64,000 nt of DNA. Origin: an uncultured Clostridia bacterium. GTDB taxonomy: Bacteria > Bacillota > Clostridia > Christensenellales > CAG-917. Of this stretch, positions 29,467 through 38,352 are shown piece by piece; the first letter of the stretch is position 1; every line of letters starts with the position of its first letter. The position numbers and the translations under genes were made by a program. Under the pieces are notes generated by a model that saw nothing but the letters and a program-made list of their open reading frames with translations, did no database searches and was not told the origin of the DNA. The stretch spans positions 258,621-322,620 of the forward strand of contig CAKQGN010000001.1 in the NCBI GenBank assembly GCA_934233745.1, in the 5' to 3' direction.

Positions 29467-29961
29467 ATGAAAGTTGTCATAAAACAAAAGTATTTTACTG
29501 TCGGCGCAAAATTCGAAATCAAAACCACAGAGGGACAAACCGTGTTTTTTGCCGAAAGGCAGTGGGATAGGTTTATGGGGAACGTCGTGCTTTTTGACAA
29601 GGACGGCACACCCGTTGCACGCATGCAGTCAGAATTTAAGAAGGTGTTTACTTCCTGGTTTTCAATCTCGGATTCGCGCGGCAACGAGGTTTGTTGCATC
29701 AACGAAAAACTACCTTTTCTTTGTTTCCGTCGCGCCGAGTCCTCTCATGGCAATCTGAAAGTAAAAATCAAAGCCGGTCCCTTCCATATGAAGGCTTATT
29801 TGCTTAACGAGCAAGGCAAAACTCTTGCCGTCAAAGCTCGCAAAAAGATTCTTGCCATCCGTGACACCTACATCATCGATATCGATGAAAGCAAGATAAA
29901 CCCTGCCTACGGAGTGTTGGTGGGGGTGTGGTATGATTTGGTCTGTCACCCCTCGCATTAA
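29467..29961 (+). CDS. LURP-one-related / tubby C-terminal-like (DUF567-type) protein
   Basis: 164 aa; repeated beta-strand pattern with the internal hydrophobic segment typical of this family; AAGGAGG RBS. Confidence 0.55.
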   Translation: MKVVIKQKYFTVGAKFEIKTTEGQTVFFAERQWDRFMGNVVLFDKDGTPVARMQSEFKKVFTSWFSISDSRGNEVCCINEKLPFLCFRRAESSHGNLKVKIKAGPFHMKAYLLNEQGKTLAVKARKKILAIRDTYIIDIDESKINPAYGVLVGVWYDLVCHPSH

Positions 29962-30086
29962 AACCGCGCTATTGAGCGAATAACTGTGTCAACACCCCTT
30001 GTCCATCAACTCACGTACGTTTATGTACGTTAGGGTTGCTGTTCAAGGGGTGTTTCCTTGTTCTTCATCTCAATATCGCGGTTTTT
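29961..30086 (+). repeat. structured stop-codon-proximal element, copy B
   Basis: 15/16-bp outer stem (AAACCGCGCTATTGAG/CTCAATATCGCGGTTT), 11-bp AACACCCCTTG/CAAGGGGTGTT, CAAC/GTTG, ACGTAC/GTACGT, then T5. Begins at the last base of the TAA stop. Confidence 0.75.
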
Positions 30087-30651
30087 AACTTCCAAACAAT
30101 GCATAAACAGCGTGAACTCTAATTGCAATTTCCCCTTTCCTCACGTGTTTTCCCTATCACCGTTCCCCCTCTGCGTGCCTTGAGGGAACCCACGGTGACC
30201 GCGTAGCGGGGGACAACACTCAGCACTCGCATAGATTGCTATCGTTCTCTTTTTATGTCACTCGTTCGCGGACGAAAAGAATCCAAACTCGTCCGCTCAC
30301 TTGTACTATACGTCAAGCTCGGCGTTCGCTTCCTCGCCGCCGTTGCGGCTCGTGTTCCGTCTTTTAAGTTGCACATTCCGTGTATAAGTACGCCTTGAAA
30401 GAGTGTTCGTTTATCCGCTTGCGCCGAAGGCGCATCCACCAAGCAGACAATCTTGCGAAACTGCGGCAGGAGTTTTTGTCCCTGCTCGAACTGATAGCAA
30501 AGATTTTCTGCGCGGTAGAAATTGCGAAAACAAGCGAGGTCAGTGGCAACCGCCACTGTGTTTGCGTTTCTATTTAGGGGATTCCCACGTCGCTTTGCTC
30601 CTCTGAATGACAGTTGGGGCGGTTGTCATAACCTAGGCGCCGTTTGAGCAA

Positions 30652-30726
30652 ATATCACTTGCGCAAAGCGCAAATATCACTGTTGCCATAGGCAACAATA
30701 TCACGCACACTTTGTGTGCATATCAC
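30652..30726 (-). repeat. GTGATAT-hairpin array, locus 1 (4 heptamers, 3 hairpins)
   Basis: Minus strand: GTGATAT GCACACAAAGTGTGC GTGATAT TGTTGCCTATGGCAACA GTGATAT TTGCGCTTTGCGCAA GTGATAT. Confidence 0.85.
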
Positions 30727-30752
30727 TTACATTGTCGTATAGCCCATTAGCT

Positions 30753-30781
30753 AAAAAAGGACGCTGTATGCGTCCTTTTTT
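30753..30781. terminator. bidirectional intrinsic terminator
   Basis: A6, AAGGACGC/GCGTCCTT stem, T-run; downstream of the minus-strand small genes. Confidence 0.85.
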
Positions 30782-30808
30782 GGTGAAATCAAACTGTTCG
30801 TTAGTCAA

Positions 30809-30964
30809 TCAATGCGTCAAAATGTATTCTTCAAGTTGACTGAACCATACGAATGTCATCTCGTTTCCGTCGATTTTTACGGACAGAGGAAAGTGGCAAA
30901 AAGCAAACTCGTTGAGAGCTTGCTTTTTGTCTTGATAAATTTTGTTTTCAAATTCAATTATCAT
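30809..30964 (-). CDS. small hypothetical protein (51 aa)
   Basis: The ATG at 30964 lies 1 nt after the TGA of the upstream small membrane gene (TGATATG). No recognisable motif. Confidence 0.35.
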   Translation of the reverse strand: MIIEFENKIYQDKKQALNEFAFCHFPLSVKIDGNEMTFVWFSQLEEYILTH

Positions 30965-30965
30965 A

Positions 30966-31190
30966 TCAGCAGTTGAGAAGACGCCAAATCGATTTTTTGA
31001 CAATCATGAGTACGAGGTCAACAATCCACACGATGTTGAATCCGAAAATCAAACGGAGAAGTCCCGCAACGATTTTGCCTTCCTTAAATCTGGTGACTGC
31101 GCCGAGAATCCAGGAGGTGACGGGGATGATTGCAAGAATGAGACTCACGACATAGCCGAGTCCGAAATAATCGCCTTTACGTTTTGCCAT
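30966..31190 (-). CDS. small two-TM membrane protein (74 aa)
   Basis: Two clear hydrophobic helices separated by RFKEGK. No family assignment possible by eye. Confidence 0.55.
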   Translation of the reverse strand: MAKRKGDYFGLGYVVSLILAIIPVTSWILGAVTRFKEGKIVAGLLRLIFGFNIVWIVDLVLMIVKKSIWRLLNC

Positions 31191-31444
31191 AAAAAATCCT
31201 CACATTATTGTTTTTTAGGAGTTATCCTACGTTAAGTATATTAACACATCGATTCAAAAATGTAAATAACGAGTGAAAAAAACCGATTGAAATTCTATGA
31301 TTTACGGAATAAATATTTCCATGTGCAATGGTTGTTGAACGATTGTCGATTATTTGATATGCTATGCAGATTATTTTTTATTCGATATTGAATTTTACAT
31401 TGCGGTTTGCTATAATCTACGTATCAAGCATAAAGGGGAAAATT

Positions 31445-33151
31445 ATGCATAAAAATGACCTAAACGCAGTCGAAATCACTGATTCGGCAAAAGAGGACGG
31501 CAATCTTTTAAGCCAAGACAAACTGTCCAATCGAAACCTGTTTATGTACGCGTTCGGCACGCTGGGCAGAGATTTTTTGTACAATCTGTTCAACGGATAT
31601 CTCTTGTCGTTTTGCGTGTTTACGAAGAGCCTCAACACGGCGCAGTTTTCAGCAATCACAATCATCATCGTGCTTGCAAGAATCTTTGACGCGTTCAACG
31701 ACCCGATTATGGGAGGCATAGTCGAGAATACCCGCACAAAGTGGGGCAAGTACAAGCCGTGGCAGCTCATAGGATGTCTTACGACGGGCGTTGTTATACT
31801 CGTGCTGTTCAACGTACCTGCGCAAGGCTGGGCGTTTATAGGCTTGCTTGCCGCAATGTACTTCCTTTTCTCGATTACGTTCACCATGAACGACATATCC
31901 TATTGGGGCATGATGCCCACGCTCACGTCCAACGCGCATGACAGAGACAAACTCATGACCGTCACGCAAATCTCGGTGAGCATAGGCGGAGGACTTGCGG
32001 GACTCATCATTCCCACATTCGCAATGGGCGACAATCCGATAGGGGGCAGTTCGACGGCGGCTTTCGGGATAATGTCCGTTGTGGCGGTGGTGCTGATGTG
32101 CGGATTCCAACTTTTCACCATACTCGGCGTCAAAGAGAAGCCTCTTCCCAAAAACTTTCTCAAAACTCCGCCGATGAAACTCAAAGACATGTTCCGCGTG
32201 CTTTTCAAAAACGATCAGCTTATGTGGAGCGCGCTTGTAATGCTCCTGTTTAACATCGGCACAAACGTTGTCGGCGGCGGACTCGGCATGATGTATGTTT
32301 ACTTCGACAACGCCTACAACGGCACGCTATGGATGGTGTTCGGTTTGGGCTTTGCGGCGGTGTCGGTGATCTTTACGCTATTCTATCCTGCTCTTTCCAA
32401 AAAATACGGGCGCGACAAACTGCTGTATTCTTGCGGATTTGCCATCATAATCGGCTATGCTCTGATGATGATTCTGGGGCTTACGGTGCCCAAAATCGTA
32501 CTGTTTGAAGTGCTTGGCATGACGATAACTCTGCGCTTTTTGATGACGTTTTTCGCCTATACGATTGCAGGTTGGGGTAGCGGATTCTATATGATTATGG
32601 TTATCAACATGGCAAACACCGTCGAATACAACGAGTATAAGACGGGCAAGCGCGACGAGGGTTTGATTTTCGCACTTCGTCCGTTTACTGCAAAAATGGG
32701 CTCTGCGCTTATGCAAGGGTTGGTGTCGCTCGTCTACATCATAGCAGGCGTTCTCACTTACACCAACCGACTCACCGCAATAGACAGAAATCTCAGCACC
32801 GAAACGAGAGAGATGGTCATCGCCGACGTGCAGGCAAACGGGCAGAACAGCATAAAAATCCTGCTTGTATGCACGTGCATTATTCCTATCGTATTTATGA
32901 TTGCGGCAATGCTCATCTACAAGAAAAAATACTTCCTCAACGAGGAAAAAATGACTCGGATGCTTGCCGAAATCAACGCTCGTAAAGAAGAAGAAATCTC
33001 GGACGAAATCGCCGACGAGCAAGCGGAACTTGCCTTAGTCGAAGACGAAATCGCAGGCGGAAATCTTCAAGAGAGGGAAGAAGATGCGACAAACGACGAA
33101 ATCGATTGTGCGGATGACAATTCAGAGGAAATCGAGAAGGACATAGATTGA
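31445..33151 (+). CDS. glycoside-pentoside-hexuronide (GPH):cation symporter with acidic C-terminal tail
   Basis: GPH signature region ARIFDAFNDPIMGGIVENTRTKWGKYKPW; 12 TM; about 60-aa Glu/Asp-rich tail. Start at the ATG at 31445. Confidence 0.85.
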   Translation: MHKNDLNAVEITDSAKEDGNLLSQDKLSNRNLFMYAFGTLGRDFLYNLFNGYLLSFCVFTKSLNTAQFSAITIIIVLARIFDAFNDPIMGGIVENTRTKWGKYKPWQLIGCLTTGVVILVLFNVPAQGWAFIGLLAAMYFLFSITFTMNDISYWGMMPTLTSNAHDRDKLMTVTQISVSIGGGLAGLIIPTFAMGDNPIGGSSTAAFGIMSVVAVVLMCGFQLFTILGVKEKPLPKNFLKTPPMKLKDMFRVLFKNDQLMWSALVMLLFNIGTNVVGGGLGMMYVYFDNAYNGTLWMVFGLGFAAVSVIFTLFYPALSKKYGRDKLLYSCGFAIIIGYALMMILGLTVPKIVLFEVLGMTITLRFLMTFFAYTIAGWGSGFYMIMVINMANTVEYNEYKTGKRDEGLIFALRPFTAKMGSALMQGLVSLVYIIAGVLTYTNRLTAIDRNLSTETREMVIADVQANGQNSIKILLVCTCIIPIVFMIAAMLIYKKKYFLNEEKMTRMLAEINARKEEEISDEIADEQAELALVEDEIAGGNLQEREEDATNDEIDCADDNSEEIEKDID

Positions 33152-33356
33152 CAAAAACCCGAATATAAACGGCGGTTTGCAATGAAACGAATCAAAATTT
33201 TGACATTATTGTGCGAAATCTTGGTTTGCATCCAAGTTGCATGCCGTCGTTTTTTATAGAAAGTGCAAACGGAGCATACCCTTTCTTGTCTTTACAAAAT
33301 TCTGTTTCAATGATACAATTGTTTCAAATAAAATAAGAAACTATTATAGGATACAA

Positions 33357-34172
33357 ATGAGCAAAGCAAAACGAAAGTTGGGATTGGTTCTCGAAGGCGG
33401 CGGCGTGAAGGGCGCATATCAAATCGGCGCGCTTATGGCGATAAGGGAGCTGATGGTGGATTTCGACGGCGTTGCAGGCACGTCGATAGGCGCAATCAAC
33501 GGCGCAATTTATCTCGAGGGAGGGTATCCCAAACTTTTTGATGTCTGGAGCGAGATAACAACCAACACGGTTTTCGATTTGAGCGACGAGGAAATCGAAG
33601 AACTCAGCGGACTTGATTTGAAACCCGCCATTTTCAAAGTTGTGCTTGAAAAAAAGCTCAAAACTTTCAAAATGCTCGAAGTTTCGTATGAAAAGTCGCA
33701 AAAGTTTTTCGAAAATCTTGTCAACGAGGACGACATACGCGCGTCGGGAAAGGATTTCGGGCTTGTCACATTCAACATTTCGGACATGCAACCCGTTGAA
33801 AAGATGATGAGCCAAATCGATGAAGGAAAACTTGTGGATTATATCGTTGCGTCCGCAACTTTTCCGATTTTCCCGCCGAAAATCATCGATGACAAAAAGT
33901 ATATAGACGGCGGAGTTTACGACAACATGCCGATAAACCTGCTTGTCGCCCACGGTTACGACAAAATGCTTGTCATCCGCACCAACGTCGAAAGCAAGCA
34001 ACCCAAACGCAAAGTCAAAGGGAATCCGGATTTGTTTTTCATCGCTCCCAAAGAGGATTTGGGGCCTGCAATGGCTTTTTCGAGAACTCGCATACATGCG
34101 TTTATGCAAATGGGCTATGACGATGCAAAAGAGCTTATGGAAAACGGACTAAAAGAGTTTTTGATAGGCTGA
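33357..34172 (+). CDS. patatin-like phospholipase
   Basis: Oxyanion GGGVKG, nucleophile GTSIGA, and the catalytic Asp in DGG (IDGGVYDN). Confidence 0.85.
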   Translation: MSKAKRKLGLVLEGGGVKGAYQIGALMAIRELMVDFDGVAGTSIGAINGAIYLEGGYPKLFDVWSEITTNTVFDLSDEEIEELSGLDLKPAIFKVVLEKKLKTFKMLEVSYEKSQKFFENLVNEDDIRASGKDFGLVTFNISDMQPVEKMMSQIDEGKLVDYIVASATFPIFPPKIIDDKKYIDGGVYDNMPINLLVAHGYDKMLVIRTNVESKQPKRKVKGNPDLFFIAPKEDLGPAMAFSRTRIHAFMQMGYDDAKELMENGLKEFLIG

Positions 34173-34213
34173 ATCGGGCAAATATAATTACGACATAGAT
34201 TTTCAGGTGAAAT

Positions 34214-36730
34214 ATGGCACAAAACAAAATATTGCTTTTGGACTCAAACTCTCTTATGCACCGCGCATACCATGCGTTGCCCAACCTTAAATCCTCAAAA
34301 GGACTTTATACCGGAGCGATATACGGTTTTTTGAGCATACTTTTGAAAATAATCAAAGAACAGAATCCCACTCATATAGCGGCGGCATTCGACCTTCACG
34401 GGCCGACATTCCGTCACGAGATGTACAAAGACTACAAGGCGACGAGAAAGCCTATGGACGAGGAACTTCGACAACAAGTCGAACCGCTCAAAGAACTCAT
34501 AACCGCAATGGGCATAAAAATCGTCAGTATGCAAGGCTATGAAGGCGACGATATCCTCGGCACGTTATCAAAGCGTTTTGACGACGATTGCATCATCGTA
34601 ACGGGGGATAGGGACAGCTTTCAGCTCGTAAGCCCGACGACAAAAGTTTTCTGGACAAAAAAGGGCGTGAGCGACATAGAAGTTTACGACGTGCAACGTT
34701 TGCTGCAGGACGGTTTTACCGTGGAACAGTTTATCGATTATAAGGCGCTAAGAGGAGATACTTCGGACAATGTTCCCGGAATTCCCGGCGTCGGAGAAAA
34801 GACCGCAAAGCAACTTCTTGACAAGTATGGCTCGCTTGAAAACATTTTGCAGAACGCACACGAAATTCCCGGCAAACTCGGACAGAATATTCAAAGCAAC
34901 AAGGAACTTGCGCTGTTGAGCAAAGAACTTGTGACCATCAACTGCAACGTTCCTGTCGAGTGTGAACTTGACGAGATTGCTTTCACGCCCGTGTATTCGC
35001 AGGATGTCAAGGCAAAGCTCGGTGAACTCGAAATAACATCGCTTGCAAACAGAATGACTTTCGACGGTGCGCAAGAGTCGACCGAGCCTGCGAAAAAAAT
35101 TGAAAAAACTATCGTAAAACTTACTTCCGCAAGCGAAATCGAAAATGCGGCACAGGGTGAGAAAATAGCAATCCTCATAGGGCAAGACGTGTCGTTTGCG
35201 GTGGATGAAAAGACGGAATACACCATAAGTTGCGTTGAAGATTTGTTCAGTGAAGGCATAGGTTTCGATGAGGCTGTCGAGGCTTTGAAAAAGGCGGCAA
35301 AGGGCAGAGAACTCGTGTGCTATGACTATAAGCATATGAGCAAAACTTACGGTTTCGAACAAGACAGATTTTTTGATGTGATGATTGCCGCGCACCTTGC
35401 AAGAGGCAGTGCGCCGATAAAAAATATCGAGCAGGTTTTGGGAGCGGACGGCTATGAAACGGGAGCCGTCGAGTTGTTTGCCGAAAGCGAGAATTTGCGC
35501 ACTCAACTTGCACAACAATCACTTTACGACCTCTTTTTGAGAGTTGAACAGCCGCTTTGCGTTGTTTTGCGCAATATGGAAGAAAGGGGCGTCAGAGTGT
35601 CGGTCGATGTTTTGAAAGCCCTTGAAAAGAAGTACGGCGAGATTATCGAAAACCTCACGAAAGAGATATATGCGCTTGCGGGCGAAACATTCAATATTGC
35701 CTCGCCAAAGCAACTCGGCGATATACTTTTCGACAAACTCGCTCTGCCACACGGCAAGAAAACAAAGACGGGTTATTCGGTGAGCGAGGACGTTTTGTCA
35801 AACCTTGCCTTGCAACATCCCATTGTAAACAAAGTGCTTGAATATCGTCATTATGCCAAGCTGCAATCCACATATGTCGTGGGGCTTCAACCTCTTGTAA
35901 ACAGGGGGAGGATTCATACCGAGTTCAATCAGTGCATTACCCAGACGGGCAGATTGAGTTCTACAAATCCGAATCTTCAAAACATTCCTGCAAGGAGCGA
36001 CGAGGCAAAGGATATCAAGAGTGCGTTTATTCCGAGCGAGGGGTGCGTGCTTGTGAGCGCGGACTATTCGCAAATAGAGTTGCGTTTGCTTGCGCATATG
36101 AGCGGTGACGAACAACTCATCGAGGCGTTCAACCATGACGACGACATCCACGCCATTACTGCGTCGCAGATTTTGGGCATTCCCGTAAGCGAGGTTACGC
36201 CGCAACAAAGACGTGACGCAAAGGCGGTCAATTTCGGCATCATATACGGCATAAGCGGATTCGGGCTTGCCGAAAACCTGTCCATTCCGCAGTACAAGGC
36301 AAAAGAGTTTATTGCCAACTATTTCATCAATCACTCCAAAGTGCGCGAGTTTATGGACAAGAACGTGCAAGACGCAAGAGAAAGGGGATATTCACTCACG
36401 ATGCTCGGCAGACGGCGCAATCTTTCCGACCTCAAAGCGTCAAATTATATGGTGCGTTCGGCGGCAGAGCGTATGGCGATGAATACGCCATTGCAAGGCT
36501 CGGCGGCAGACATCATCAAACTTGCCATGATAAGCGTCGAAAAACGCCTCGCGGGGATGAAATCCAAAATGATTTTGCAAATCCACGACGAACTTATCAT
36601 TGATGCGGCAAATGACGAAGAGGAAGAAGTCAAAAAGATTCTTTCCTATGAAATGGAACACGCAGTCAAACTGTCGGTGCCTCTCGTTGCGGACGCGGCG
36701 AGTGCGGACAACTGGGGAGAACTCAAATGA
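34214..36730 (+). CDS. polA: DNA polymerase I
   Basis: 5' nuclease domain (LLDSNSLMHRAYHA, GDRDSFQL). Pol motifs A (SADYSQIELR), B (RRDAKAVNFGIIYG) and C (QIHDEL). Confidence 0.95.
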   Translation: MAQNKILLLDSNSLMHRAYHALPNLKSSKGLYTGAIYGFLSILLKIIKEQNPTHIAAAFDLHGPTFRHEMYKDYKATRKPMDEELRQQVEPLKELITAMGIKIVSMQGYEGDDILGTLSKRFDDDCIIVTGDRDSFQLVSPTTKVFWTKKGVSDIEVYDVQRLLQDGFTVEQFIDYKALRGDTSDNVPGIPGVGEKTAKQLLDKYGSLENILQNAHEIPGKLGQNIQSNKELALLSKELVTINCNVPVECELDEIAFTPVYSQDVKAKLGELEITSLANRMTFDGAQESTEPAKKIEKTIVKLTSASEIENAAQGEKIAILIGQDVSFAVDEKTEYTISCVEDLFSEGIGFDEAVEALKKAAKGRELVCYDYKHMSKTYGFEQDRFFDVMIAAHLARGSAPIKNIEQVLGADGYETGAVELFAESENLRTQLAQQSLYDLFLRVEQPLCVVLRNMEERGVRVSVDVLKALEKKYGEIIENLTKEIYALAGETFNIASPKQLGDILFDKLALPHGKKTKTGYSVSEDVLSNLALQHPIVNKVLEYRHYAKLQSTYVVGLQPLVNRGRIHTEFNQCITQTGRLSSTNPNLQNIPARSDEAKDIKSAFIPSEGCVLVSADYSQIELRLLAHMSGDEQLIEAFNHDDDIHAITASQILGIPVSEVTPQQRRDAKAVNFGIIYGISGFGLAENLSIPQYKAKEFIANYFINHSKVREFMDKNVQDARERGYSLTMLGRRRNLSDLKASNYMVRSAAERMAMNTPLQGSAADIIKLAMISVEKRLAGMKSKMILQIHDELIIDAANDEEEEVKKILSYEMEHAVKLSVPLVADAASADNWGELK

Positions 36731-37299
36731 GAATCGCAATCATAGGCGGTATAGGTTCTGGCAAAAGCGAGGTTTTGAAAATCGCAAAAGAGCGGGGATT
36801 TTTCTGTCTGAGCGCAGACGAAATCAATGCCGAACTGCTCAAAACGCCGTCATATATTCAAAAAATCGCAACCGCTTTTCCATCGGCGGTCAGGGACGGC
36901 GTAGTGGACAAAAAAACGCTTGCAAGCATTGTGTTTTCCGATGAGAGAGGGCGCAAAAAGCTCAATTCGATAGCTCATCCCGAAATTATGAGAGCGATTG
37001 CCGAACATACCGAAAACCCGCTTGCAATCGAACTTCCGCTGTTTATAGAGGGCGGCGACGAGGCTTTCGATGAAATCGTGTATGTCAGAACTCCGCTTTT
37101 GACAAGAATCGCACGTCTTAAAAAGGACAGAGGGATGAACGTGGCGCAGGCTATCAAGCGTATACGCTCGCAAGTGCCGTCGTCGGTTTTGATGGCGAAA
37201 AGCACGCAAATAATCGACAATAAAGGCTCGCTTGACAAGCTCAAAAAGAGGGCGACTGTCTTGTTTGACAAGATTTTGGAAAAGCATAAAGAAATATAA
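36727..37299 (+). CDS. coaE: dephospho-CoA kinase
   Basis: P-loop GGIGSGKS; 190 aa; ATGA overlap with polA, the usual polA-coaE arrangement. Confidence 0.85.
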   Translation: MRIAIIGGIGSGKSEVLKIAKERGFFCLSADEINAELLKTPSYIQKIATAFPSAVRDGVVDKKTLASIVFSDERGRKKLNSIAHPEIMRAIAEHTENPLAIELPLFIEGGDEAFDEIVYVRTPLLTRIARLKKDRGMNVAQAIKRIRSQVPSSVLMAKSTQIIDNKGSLDKLKKRATVLFDKILEKHKEI

Positions 37300-37321
37300 T
37301 TTTCACATAAAGGAGAAAACT

Positions 37322-38116
37322 ATGATAAAAGGCAAAAATATCGTCATAACCGGCGCAAACAGCGGTATCGGTCTTGAAACTCTCAAATTGCTCGCAAACG
37401 GCGACAACACGATTTTGGCAGTCGACCTGCGTACGGACAGAATCGAGGCTCTCAACAAAAAAAACATTTTCACGATGGTGTGCGACGTGTCCACAAAAGA
37501 GAATGTGGATTTGATTTTCAAAACCGCTGACGAAAAACTCGGCTCAATCGATATATTCTTTGCAAACGCGGGCTTCCCGTATTATGAAACAATGGACTAT
37601 GTCAACTGGGAGCGCATAGAGGACATCTTCAAAGTCAACGTGTTTTCGTCCATTTATACATATCAAAAATACGTCGAATATCTCGGCGGCAAGCAAGGTC
37701 AGATGGCAATCACGGTGTCGGCAATCGGCAAGCTCGCAATGCCCGGCTACACACTGTACAGCGCAAGCAAGTTTGCAATGCAAGGCTTCCAACAAGGTTT
37801 GCGCTACGAGCTTCCCAAAAACGTTGCCCTCACTTGCCTCTATCCGATAGCCACCGACACGGGCTTCTTCAAAAAAGCGGTCGAAGGGCAGGATGGCAAA
37901 GTCATTCGCGAGCGACCGTTCCCCGTGCAAAAACCTCAACACGTTGCCAAATGCATGGTGAGAGGCTTGGAACATAAACGCAAATTTGTCAACCCGTCCA
38001 AACTCTTCACGTTTGCGCAATTCCTCTTTGCAATCTGTCCGCCGATAAAATGGGTGTATCTTAAACTGGAAAAAAACAAGTTGGACAGGTTCGAGGCACA
38101 AAAGGCAAGCAAATAA
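37322..38116 (+). CDS. SDR-family oxidoreductase
   Basis: TGANSGIG cofactor motif and the YSASK catalytic motif. Start at the ATG at 37322. Confidence 0.85.
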   Translation: MIKGKNIVITGANSGIGLETLKLLANGDNTILAVDLRTDRIEALNKKNIFTMVCDVSTKENVDLIFKTADEKLGSIDIFFANAGFPYYETMDYVNWERIEDIFKVNVFSSIYTYQKYVEYLGGKQGQMAITVSAIGKLAMPGYTLYSASKFAMQGFQQGLRYELPKNVALTCLYPIATDTGFFKKAVEGQDGKVIRERPFPVQKPQHVAKCMVRGLEHKRKFVNPSKLFTFAQFLFAICPPIKWVYLKLEKNKLDRFEAQKASK

Positions 38117-38134
38117 ATATACGATGCGCAGCGA

Positions 38135-38225
38135 GTGATATTGTTGCCACGCAACAGTGATATTTTCGGATAGAACCAAAAGTGATATTGCGACTTTGTC
38201 GCAGTGATATTCGCACTTTGTGCGA
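38135..38225 (+). repeat. GTGATAT-hairpin array, locus 2 (4 heptamers, 4 hairpins)
   Basis: GTGATAT TGTTGCCACGCAACA GTGATAT TTTCGGATAGAACCAAAA GTGATAT TGCGACTTTGTCGCA GTGATAT TCGCACTTTGTGCGA. Lies between the SDR stop (38116) and the terminator (38245-38281). Confidence 0.85.
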
Positions 38226-38244
38226 GTTGTGGAATATTTCAAAT

Positions 38245-38281
38245 AAAAGTCCCGACTTTTTACGAGGTCGGGATTTTTTTA
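38245..38281 (+). terminator. intrinsic terminator
   Basis: TCCCGAC-N10-GTCGGGA followed by T7. Confidence 0.85.
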
Positions 38282-38318
38282 TATTTATACATTTTATATG
38301 ATAAAAATAGCGCGCGGA

Positions 38319-38347
38319 TTGACAAATTTTTCCATTGAGTGTATTAT
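38319..38347 (+). promoter_or_regulatory. sigma-70-type promoter of the lipoprotein gene
   Basis: TTGACA - 17 nt - TATTAT. Confidence 0.7.
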
Positions 38348-38352
38348 AAAAA

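Noticed and set aside
30239-30556. 105-aa minus-strand ORF (and 65-67-aa plus-strand ORFs) inside the large intergenic gap.
   Set aside because: No RBS and Arg/Thr/Ser/Ala-rich composition. The ORFs on different strands overlap one another, so this is more consistent with non-coding structured DNA or a decayed gene.
33357-34172. Patatin-like phospholipase as a CBASS or other defence effector.
   Set aside because: There is no cyclase/NTase, no sensor, and no other defence gene adjacent. It has its own promoter and sits next to polA, so it is most simply a housekeeping lipase.
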